The position numbers were made by a program, and so were the translations under genes. The notes under the pieces are model-generated. The model was not told the origin of the DNA and made no database searches. It was given only the letters and a program-made list of their open reading frames with translations. Below are positions 25,077-32,000 of a stretch of DNA of 32,000 bases, one piece after another (position 1 is the stretch's first letter; each line of letters opens with the position of its first letter). Location of the stretch: positions 4,410,001-4,442,000 of the forward strand of contig NZ_LN831039.1 of NCBI RefSeq assembly GCF_001457595.1, given 5' to 3'. This DNA is from Mycolicibacterium smegmatis (GTDB lineage: Bacteria; Actinomycetota; Actinomycetes; Mycobacteriales; Mycobacteriaceae).

Positions 25077-26633
25077 CTACGGCACTCGGCTGAGGACGGC
25101 GTCGATCAGGTGCGGGCCCGGTTCCTCGACCGCCGCGGCGAACTGGGCCGCCAACTCCTCGGCGGTGGTGGCGCGCGTGGCGGGCACACCGAAACCCTGT
25201 GCGATGGCGGCGAAGTCGATGTTTGGATTGCCGATGTCGAGCAGTGAGCGCGACCGCTCCCCGGTTGCCGCGGTGCCGACGCGCTGCAGTTCCATCTGCA
25301 GGATCGCGTAGGAACGGTTGTTGAGGATCACCACGGTGACGTCGAGTTGCTCGCGGGCCATGGTCCACAACGCCGAGATCGTGTAGGCCGCGCTGCCGTC
25401 GGCCTGCAACGCGATCACGGGGCGGTCCGGCGCGGCGACCGCGGCGCCGACCGCGACCGGAAGGCCCTGTCCGATCGCGCCTCCCGTGAGGGTCAGCACG
25501 TCGTGCGGCGGCGACGATGCGGTCGCGGCGGGCAACAGCACACCGCTGGTGTTGGCCTCGTCGGAGATGATGGCGTTCTCGGGCAGCAGCGCACCGATCA
25601 CCAGCGGCCAGTTCTGCACGGTCAGCGGGCCGGTGGGCGCGGGCAGCGGATCCGGTTCTGCCGGTTCGGGAGCCACTGCGCCGAGAGCGTCGGCCAGTTT
25701 CTCCAGATCCGCCGGGGCGAGGGTGTGCACCTGCGCGTCCTCGGGTGCGAGCTCACTGGGCTTTCCTGGATACGCGAAGAACCACACGGGCTTTCGTGTG
25801 CCGGCGAGGATGAGATGCGTCGCGCCCGCCAACTGCTGTGTCGCGACCTCACCGAGGTACTGCAGTCGGTCCAGCGGCGGTATGCCCCGTCCGCGCGCCA
25901 GTCGCGCCGGGAAGGTCTCGACCAGCGTGCGGGCCCCGGTGGCGGCGTGGATGCGCGCCGCGGCGCTCACCCCGGACGCACCGGTGGCCGTTCCGCCGAG
26001 CAGGATGACGACCTTGTCGCCGTGCGCGCGCAGCAATTCCGCGGCGGCGGTCACGTCGATGGTCTCGGAAGAGTCGGATTGCTCTGACGGTTCCACCTCG
26101 GCCGCGGGCACTTCCGCAGGCCCCCACGAGAAGTCGGCGGGAAGGATGACCGTGGCGACCTTCCCGGGCGGGCCGACCGCGTCGCGTACCGCATCACGCA
26201 CGGCCGCATCGAGATCCGCGGCCGATTCCGGCCGGTGCACCGCACCGTGCAGCCAGGTGCCGAGCGCGTCGATGTCGGATTCCAGAGGCGCGTCGAGGGC
26301 CTTGTGGTTCGTCGCGTGATCGCCGACGATGTTGACCACGGGACTGTGCGCGCGCCGGGCGTTGTGCAGGTTGGCCAGCCCGTTGGCCATGCCGGGACCG
26401 AGGTGCAGCAGCGTCGCCGCGGGCCGGCCCGCGATGCGTGCGTAGCCATCGGCGGCGCCGGTCGCCACACCTTCGAACAGGCACAGCACGGGACGCATGC
26501 CGGGCGCGGTGTCCAGGGCGGCGACGAAATGCATCTCCGACGTACCGGGGTTGGCGAAGCACACGTCGACGCCTTCGGCGAGCAGTCGCCGCATCACCAC
26601 CTGCGCCCCGGTACTCTCCTGCGAGTCAGTCAT
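25077..26633 (-). CDS. Thiamine diphosphate-dependent enzyme, acetolactate synthase large-subunit-like
   Basis: N-terminal ThDP pyrimidine-binding domain (VDVCFANPGTSEMHFVAAL ... GPGMANGLANLHNARRAHSPVVNIVGDH) and a C-terminal ThDP-Mg motif (ADGSAAY...LNNRSY). The start is set at Met19 (MTDSQEST, ATG 26633). Confidence 0.85.
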   Translation of the reverse strand: MTDSQESTGAQVVMRRLLAEGVDVCFANPGTSEMHFVAALDTAPGMRPVLCLFEGVATGAADGYARIAGRPAATLLHLGPGMANGLANLHNARRAHSPVVNIVGDHATNHKALDAPLESDIDALGTWLHGAVHRPESAADLDAAVRDAVRDAVGPPGKVATVILPADFSWGPAEVPAAEVEPSEQSDSSETIDVTAAAELLRAHGDKVVILLGGTATGASGVSAAARIHAATGARTLVETFPARLARGRGIPPLDRLQYLGEVATQQLAGATHLILAGTRKPVWFFAYPGKPSELAPEDAQVHTLAPADLEKLADALGAVAPEPAEPDPLPAPTGPLTVQNWPLVIGALLPENAIISDEANTSGVLLPAATASSPPHDVLTLTGGAIGQGLPVAVGAAVAAPDRPVIALQADGSAAYTISALWTMAREQLDVTVVILNNRSYAILQMELQRVGTAATGERSRSLLDIGNPNIDFAAIAQGFGVPATRATTAEELAAQFAAAVEEPGPHLIDAVLSRVP

Positions 26634-26707
26634 CCGTCCATACTGGCTGCCGCGCGCAGGTGGCGCCAGAACTTCCCGATCGTGCACAGCGCCAGCCGGT
26701 TTCGGTG

Positions 26708-28486
26708 TCAGCCCGCCTGACCTCCGGGGACCTGCGGCGCGGGGACCCAGGGCAGGCCCGGAATCGTCGGGTACGGCGCCGTCGGGCTCCAGCGCGGCGG
26801 CGTGCTGGTCGGCGCCTCGGTTGTCGTGGGTGCCTCAGTGGTCGTGGGCGCCTCGGTCGTCGGGGGTGCCTCACTGGTCGGCGGCGGCGCTTCCGTGGTC
26901 GGTGGCGGCGTCTCGGCCGGGGGTTCGGCCGGCTGCTCCACCGGTGGCGGCGGCACGGTCTGCACGACGGTTTCTGGGGCGGGCAGCACCTCGGTCACGG
27001 TCTGCACCGGTGCCGGCTGGTCCACTGCCTCCGGTGGTGGCGGAGGCGGGACCTCTTCTGTGGTGGTGACGGGTGTGCTCGTCGAGGCGGGCACGGCCAC
27101 GTCACCGTCGTCGCGGGTGACGGCGAGGGCGACCGCGGCGATCACCGCGACCACCGCGGCGGCACCCGCCCCCACGACGGCCCCGCGCCGTCGGTACCAC
27201 GGTTGCGCGGCGGCCGCATCAGGTTCGGGGTCGGCGAACTGCACCTGCGGGCGCGGACCGTACACCGAGGAGCCCGCTGAGTCGTCCACATACTCGTCGG
27301 GCGGGGCGACATCGGGGACGTCGTCGGCGTCCGACCACGCGAGCGCCTGTGGCGCAGCGGGCGGTTCGGGGGCCATCAGCGCCGCGGCCATGGTCGCGGT
27401 TCCGGTCCCCTCCCCTGTTTCGGCGGGCACCGGTGCCGCCGGTGCGAGCGCGGTCGCGTCGTCGCGGACGGTGCCGCGCACGGCGATCAGGCCGCCGCCG
27501 ATCGCCGCCGTCAGTTCGGGGTGCGGCGCGGTGATCACCGGCACCCGTAGGTGCTCCGAGAGCGTCGTGGTGACGGCAGGGATGCGCGCGCCGCCGCCGA
27601 TGGTGGCGACGGCGGCCAACGCCCCGGGATGTATTCCGTTGCGCTCCAAGGTGTCCTGCAGCACGGCGACGAAATCGGCCAACGGCGCACGCAGCACCTC
27701 GTCGAGTTCGGTGCGGGTGAGCCGCACGTCGGAACGATGCCCGGGCAGTTCGGCGACCAGGTGGGTCGCCGACTCGGTGGACAGGCGCTCTTTGGCGCGG
27801 CGGCATTCCGCGCGCAGCCTGCTCAGGGAGCCGATCGCCGAGGTGCCGGTCAGGTCGATGGTGCCCGCGGCCGACAGGTCGTCGACGACGTGTGTCAGCA
27901 GCGCCTGGTCGATCAGCGCGCCCGACAGGTCAGGGTGACGCACCGTCGCGATCGGTTGATAGCCGTTGTCGGCGTCGGCGAGTGTGATACTGGTGCCGCT
28001 GCCGCCGAAATCGCACACGGCGACGATGCCGCGGGCCGGCACGCCGGGATCGTCCTGCAGGGCGGCCAGCGCCGCGGTGGCGTCGGCGATCAGCGGTGCG
28101 CCGCTCAGCTCGGGGCCGAGCGCGGCGCGCAGCGCCTCCACCTGATCGGGCCGCCAGTGCGCCGGATACGTGACTGCCACCGGGCCCGCCGGGCGGCCCC
28201 GGGTCAGCGCCGCCAGCAGCGCGCCGAGCGCCTCGGCGAGCAGCACCTCGCCGCGGTGCGATGACCCGTCGGCGGCCACGATGCCGACGGGGTCGCCGAC
28301 GCGGTCGACGAAGTCGGTGAGGATCAGGCCCCGCCCGGTGAGGTTGGGGTTCTCGCTGGGCACGCCCACTTCGGAGGGCCGATGGGGATAGCGGGTCAGC
28401 ACCGGTGACCGCGTCACCGCGGCCCTGCCCACCTGCACCGCCGTCAGATTGGTCGCACCAATCGACAGGCCTGTCCCGTCAACCAT
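26708..28486 (-). CDS. Hsp70/actin-fold ATPase-like protein with single TM and C-terminal Pro/Thr-rich repeat region
   Basis: Phosphate-1-like GLSIGATNLTAV, phosphate-2-like VCDFGGSGTSITLAD, LRAECRRAKERLS and adenosine-motif-like ATIGGGARIPAVTTTLSEHL. These are followed by an acidic/Pro linker, a TM (AVVGAGAAAVVAVIAAVALAV) and a ~130-aa PT-rich tail. 592 aa. Confidence 0.75.
   Translation of the reverse strand: MVDGTGLSIGATNLTAVQVGRAAVTRSPVLTRYPHRPSEVGVPSENPNLTGRGLILTDFVDRVGDPVGIVAADGSSHRGEVLLAEALGALLAALTRGRPAGPVAVTYPAHWRPDQVEALRAALGPELSGAPLIADATAALAALQDDPGVPARGIVAVCDFGGSGTSITLADADNGYQPIATVRHPDLSGALIDQALLTHVVDDLSAAGTIDLTGTSAIGSLSRLRAECRRAKERLSTESATHLVAELPGHRSDVRLTRTELDEVLRAPLADFVAVLQDTLERNGIHPGALAAVATIGGGARIPAVTTTLSEHLRVPVITAPHPELTAAIGGGLIAVRGTVRDDATALAPAAPVPAETGEGTGTATMAAALMAPEPPAAPQALAWSDADDVPDVAPPDEYVDDSAGSSVYGPRPQVQFADPEPDAAAAQPWYRRRGAVVGAGAAAVVAVIAAVALAVTRDDGDVAVPASTSTPVTTTEEVPPPPPPEAVDQPAPVQTVTEVLPAPETVVQTVPPPPVEQPAEPPAETPPPTTEAPPPTSEAPPTTEAPTTTEAPTTTEAPTSTPPRWSPTAPYPTIPGLPWVPAPQVPGGQAG
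26795..26914 (-). repeat. In-frame ~15-bp tandem repeats encoding (T/P)TEAP units
   Basis: Encodes ETPPPTTEAPPPTSEAPPTTEAPTTTEAPTTTEAPTSTPP. The plus strand shows reiterated GG(C/T)GCCTC(A/G)GT(G/T)GTCGT-type units. Confidence 0.7.
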
Positions 28487-28550
28487 GTCACCCCCGTTTC
28501 GATGGAAAACCCTATCGGTACTCCATCTCTTTCGACGGGAGAGACGTTAC

Positions 28551-29624
28551 TTAGCGAATGGTTCCCAAGCCTGGAATCAGAGGTAGATCCAGTGGCGTGA
28601 CCCATCCCGGCAAATGTTGGTTGACGGCGGGAACGGCGTTGAGCGCGCGCAGTCCGGTCGCAAGGCACCCGGCCGCGGCGGCGTCGCGGCCGGAGCCGTC
28701 GGTGAAGCGGAACGCCGTCTCCTGCGAGATGGACGGTGCGCCCTCGATGTCGACGCGGTAGACGTCGTTGTCGTTGCCGGTGGGCCAATCGGGCGCGGCG
28801 TCGGCGCCGATGCGGTTGACGTGTTCGAGTTGGATGCGGGTCTCGCCGCGGTAGACGCCGTTGATGGTGAAGCGCACGGCCGCGACGTTGCCTGCCTCGA
28901 TGACGCCCTTGGCGGTCTTGCGATCGTCCGGGGTGACCCACTTGTCCCATGTCGTGGTGATCTCGTCGAGTTCGACGCCCGCGGCGTGGGCGATCATGGG
29001 AACCGTTGCGCCCCAAGCGAAGATGAGGATGTCGGGGCTCTCCAGCAACGGCCGGTGCTCGGGCGGCTTCCCGATGCCCATCTCGAACTCGTAGTCGCCG
29101 GTGTAGTTGGTGTAGTCCAACAGTTCCGACGCCCGCACGCGCCGGACCTCCGAGCACAGGCCCATGAGCGTCATCGGGAACAGATCGTTGGCGAATCCGG
29201 GGTCGATGCCGGTGGTGAAGCACGACGACTGCCCCACCTCGCACGCCTCGGTGATGGGCTCGATCCAGTTGGGCGGGTTGAGATGCATCTTCGGCCAGAC
29301 CCAGGGCGTCATCGCCGTCGAGCACACGTCGATGCCCGCACGCAGAAAACGGGTGATCAGTGCGATGTTCGCGTCGGCCTGCGCCGCGGTGGGACCGTAG
29401 TGCACCAGCGCGTCGGGCTTCAGCGCGATGAGCGCGTCGACGTCGTCGGTGGCGGTGACACCGACCGGTGCGCCCAACCCGCAGATCTCCCCGACGTCCC
29501 GGCCAACCTTGTCAGGGTTGCTGACGCCGACGCCGACGAGTTCGAACAACGGATGCCCGACGATCTCGGCGATCACCATGCTGCCCACGAACCCCGTGCC
29601 CCACACCACGACTCTTTTCTTCAC
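28551..29624 (-). CDS. NAD(P)-binding DapB-N-like oxidoreductase (amine dehydrogenase/dihydrodipicolinate reductase-like family)
   Basis: N-terminal Rossmann motif RVVVWGTGFVGSMVIAEIV, and size and sequence typical of the ~355-aa actinobacterial DapB-like family. The start is set at GTG 29624 (VKKRVVVWGTG). The ATG at 29711 is the alternative. Confidence 0.55.
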   Translation of the reverse strand: MKKRVVVWGTGFVGSMVIAEIVGHPLFELVGVGVSNPDKVGRDVGEICGLGAPVGVTATDDVDALIALKPDALVHYGPTAAQADANIALITRFLRAGIDVCSTAMTPWVWPKMHLNPPNWIEPITEACEVGQSSCFTTGIDPGFANDLFPMTLMGLCSEVRRVRASELLDYTNYTGDYEFEMGIGKPPEHRPLLESPDILIFAWGATVPMIAHAAGVELDEITTTWDKWVTPDDRKTAKGVIEAGNVAAVRFTINGVYRGETRIQLEHVNRIGADAAPDWPTGNDNDVYRVDIEGAPSISQETAFRFTDGSGRDAAAAGCLATGLRALNAVPAVNQHLPGWVTPLDLPLIPGLGTIR

Positions 29625-29725
29625 GCGCCCACGATAGGTGATGCCGGTCACACCGGGAATCGGGTTCGGTACGTGCAGGGTTCCTCCCAACACCGGGGCA
29701 GCACCGGTCACGAAGGGAAATTCAG

Positions 29726-30484
29726 ATGACTCAAGCCGGCAGCAGCACTCCTCTGGCGGACCGACGCGTACTGGTGACGGGAGGTTCCCGCGGAATCGGC
29801 GCCGGCATCGTCCGTCGTCTCGCGGCCGACGGCGCGGCGGTGGCGTTCACCTACGGCGCCTCGGCGGCCGAAGCCGAAAAACTCGTCGGCGACCTGACCT
29901 CCGAGGGCGCGAAAGTGACTGCGATCCAGGCTGACAGCGCCGATCCCGATCAGGTCGCCGCGGCGGTGTCGCAGGCCGTGGCCGATCTCGGCGGCCTGGA
30001 TGTGCTGGTGAACAACGCCGGTGTGGCGCACGTGGCCCCGGCCGAAGAGTTCACCCGCGAACAGTTCGACCGTCTCGTGAACGTCAACATCGGCGGCGTG
30101 TTCTGGGCGATCCACGCCGCCATCCCGCATTTCGGCGAAGGTTCGCGGATCATCAACATCGGCAGCATCAACGCCGACCGGGTGCCCGCCCCCAACCTGG
30201 GGGTCTACGCGATGACCAAGGGCGCCGTGCAGGCGCTGACCATCGGCCTTGCGCGTGAACTGGGCCCGCGGGGCATCACGATCACCAACGTGCAACCGGG
30301 TCCCATCGACACCGACATGAACCCCGCCGACGGCGGTCTCGCCGAGGTCATGACCTCGGTGACGGCGTTGGGGCGCTACGGCCACGCCGGCGACATCGCG
30401 GCCGTGGTGAGCTTCCTCGCAGGCCCGGAGTCCGGGTATGTCACGGGCGCGAGCTGGAACGTCGACGGCGGGTACACCGCCTGA
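29726..30484 (+). CDS. Short-chain dehydrogenase/reductase (3-oxoacyl-ACP reductase-like)
   Basis: TGGSRGIG cofactor motif, NNAG and catalytic YAMTKGAV (YxxxK). 252 aa. Confidence 0.85.
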   Translation: MTQAGSSTPLADRRVLVTGGSRGIGAGIVRRLAADGAAVAFTYGASAAEAEKLVGDLTSEGAKVTAIQADSADPDQVAAAVSQAVADLGGLDVLVNNAGVAHVAPAEEFTREQFDRLVNVNIGGVFWAIHAAIPHFGEGSRIINIGSINADRVPAPNLGVYAMTKGAVQALTIGLARELGPRGITITNVQPGPIDTDMNPADGGLAEVMTSVTALGRYGHAGDIAAVVSFLAGPESGYVTGASWNVDGGYTA

Positions 30485-31546
30485 TCACAGCACGCTGGGC
30501 GGCGCGGTGGCGGTGTCCTTCAGCCGCGCCTTGAATTGCATTGCGCGGTAGGGCCATCCCGAGTCGGTGTGCCACTGCGACACCACAAGCCCGATTCCGC
30601 CCGTGCGGTCCAGGCGCGATCCCGGCAGCACGTAACCGCCGTACAACTGGGCCACGCGGGAGCCCTCGTGGTGCTCGTCGTGCCAGGCGCACCCGAGCAC
30701 CGGGGTCTGCACTTGCGTGGTGTGCATGTTGGCCACCGGCGAGTCGACCACGCGATATCCCAGCGCGTACCGCGACGCGAAGAACCCGCCGAGGATCCAC
30801 CGGCCGGGTCCCAGGCGGCGGAAACTCAGTTCGCCCCAACGTTCTTCGGCGGGCGTGATGGGGGTGGCGCGTTCGCCCCACTCCCATCGGCGCCCGGTGT
30901 ACCCCCAGCTCACGTAACGCGTGCGGTCACCGATGTGGGCGGGACGCACCCGCATGAGGATGATGCCCTGTTTGCGCTGGAAACCCGTCGCGGCCACGTA
31001 CACCCAACCGTCGTCGGGGTCGTGATCCCACGACCAGCACTGGGCGTGCCCGCCGTGCCACCCGGCCGGGAACTTCGCGCGCTCCCCCAGGTGTTCCCAG
31101 CTCACGCCGCAGTCGTCGGACCGCCAGATCTCGGTCCAGATCACGTTGCCGAAGCCGCGGTTGACGATGGCGTGCAGGTACAGCGAATCCCCCACGCGCA
31201 GCAGATCTGACGGGATGACGGTGCTGATCCCGCCCCGGCGCCAGCCCGAGGCCGCGTCGTCGTGGATGTAGTGCCACAGTTGACGCGCGTACCCGGGATC
31301 GGGGCCGCCCGCGCGTTCGTAGACGATTTCGTGGTCGGCGTCCCCGGTGCCGATCAGCACCACCGGCGAACGCCAATCCCCCTGCCCGACACGGTGGCCC
31401 GCGAAGGTGTCGCCGAACACCGAGACGAGCTTGCCGTCCGGTGCGAGCACCGAGGCGCCCAGGTCGGTGCAGGTGACGCCGAACCTGTCGGTGCGGCCCG
31501 GCCCCGTGATGTCGGCGGCCTTGCCGTTGAGCAGCGGGAGCGTCAC
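30485..31546 (-). CDS. DUF4185-family protein (putative glycoside hydrolase, possible endo-D-arabinanase family)
   Basis: 353 aa. The N-terminal GVTCTDLGASVLAPDGKLVSVFGDTF and the Trp/Gly/Asp-rich beta-propeller-like sequence are typical of DUF4185. Its stop abuts the convergent SDR stop (TGATCA). Confidence 0.6.
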   Translation of the reverse strand: MTLPLLNGKAADITGPGRTDRFGVTCTDLGASVLAPDGKLVSVFGDTFAGHRVGQGDWRSPVVLIGTGDADHEIVYERAGGPDPGYARQLWHYIHDDAASGWRRGGISTVIPSDLLRVGDSLYLHAIVNRGFGNVIWTEIWRSDDCGVSWEHLGERAKFPAGWHGGHAQCWSWDHDPDDGWVYVAATGFQRKQGIILMRVRPAHIGDRTRYVSWGYTGRRWEWGERATPITPAEERWGELSFRRLGPGRWILGGFFASRYALGYRVVDSPVANMHTTQVQTPVLGCAWHDEHHEGSRVAQLYGGYVLPGSRLDRTGGIGLVVSQWHTDSGWPYRAMQFKARLKDTATAPPSVL

Positions 31547-31556
31547 CCCGCGCCCA

Positions 31557-32000
31557 CTACGTGCACAGACGCAGGCCCCAGGGCTCGCAGTCGAGCGGAT
31601 AGGTCTTCACCGGCATGGGCAGCGGCTCCTTGAAGGTCAGCGTGAACGGGAACCGGTGGATGGCCGGCGCCAGCCCGCACACCGCGGTGTTGGACACCTC
31701 GCGGGTTCCGGTCAGCGCGACGTCGTCGAAACGATAGGTCTCCACGATCGGCGCCCAGCTGCCGTCGGAGCACTTGATGCCCTCTTTGATGTTCGTGGAG
31801 AACTGCCACATGCCGCCCGCCATCTTGGCGTCGCCGCCGCTGACCCCGGGCGAGCCCTGCACGTGCAGCACGCACGCCACCGGCAGGTACAGCGGTTCAC
31901 GCAGATCCCCGACCACCGGGACGCACGACGGGTAGATGGTCCACGTCGCGGCGCCCAGACCCTCCTGGTTGTAGTTGAAGACGCCCTGGATCACCGGGTC
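31557..32000 (-). CDS. Cys-rich hypothetical protein, 3' portion (5' end probably beyond the window)
   Basis: The frame is open to the window edge. It has at least 7 Cys in 145 aa and no motif I recognise. It ends 10 nt upstream of the DUF4185 gene on the same strand. Confidence 0.45.
   Translation of the reverse strand, partial: DPVIQGVFNYNQEGLGAATWTIYPSCVPVVGDLREPLYLPVACVLHVQGSPGVSGGDAKMAGGMWQFSTNIKEGIKCSDGSWAPIVETYRFDDVALTGTREVSNTAVCGLAPAIHRFPFTLTFKEPLPMPVKTYPLDCEPWGLRLCT

Noticed and set aside
1-32000. Mobile elements, prophage, defence or toxin-antitoxin systems, tRNA/rRNA genes
   Set aside because: No transposase, integrase, recombinase, Cas, restriction or toxin-like translation appears in any frame of the ORF track. 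I noticed no terminal inverted repeats flanking a gene block and no cloverleaf-like tRNA sequence in the intergenic regions. GC content appears uniformly high except for the fabD promoter.

Overview
High-GC (roughly two-thirds G+C by eye) actinobacterial chromosome, almost certainly a fast-growing Mycobacterium/Mycolicibacterium (smegmatis-like). From memory, gene order and protein sequences follow the M. tuberculosis Rv2241-Rv2260 neighbourhood. The first 8 kb is the core mycolic-acid FAS-II locus: aceE 3' end, the PucR-type regulator mabR, then the fabD-acpM-kasA-kasB-accD6 operon, closed by a perfect 22-bp hairpin. Next come an SDR/LysR divergent pair and a translationally coupled TetR-glpD pair. 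These face an FAD-linked oxidase (alkyl-DHAP-synthase-like)-diacylglycerol kinase pair across a very short intergenic region. Further on are DUF3145, a serine hydrolase, a SAM methyltransferase, a TPR-LuxR regulator, and mscR plus an MBL-fold hydrolase (mycothiol-dependent aldehyde/NO detoxification). The last 11 kb is less familiar. It holds a repeat-rich 350-bp intergenic region, a StyA-like flavin monooxygenase, SHOCT and LapA-like membrane proteins, a putative methyltransferase and a ThDP enzyme. It also holds a membrane-anchored Hsp70/actin-fold ATPase with a Pro/Thr-repeat tail, a DapB-like NAD(P) protein, an SDR, a DUF4185 protein and a Cys-rich partial ORF. I found no rRNA/tRNA, CRISPR array, transposase, integrase or phage/defence genes, so this looks like core chromosome rather than an accessory island. 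I see no convincing evidence of a wholly new multi-gene system. The least explained items are the Hsp70-like/PT-rich membrane protein, the tandem-repeat intergenic block at 21.2-21.5 kb, the compact TetR operator/divergent promoter region at 12.37-12.43 kb, and a non-canonical metal motif in the MBL hydrolase. Many long ORFs in the track are antisense or out-of-frame shadow ORFs typical of high-GC DNA and were rejected. All homology statements come from recognising motifs and sequences by eye and need confirmation by search.
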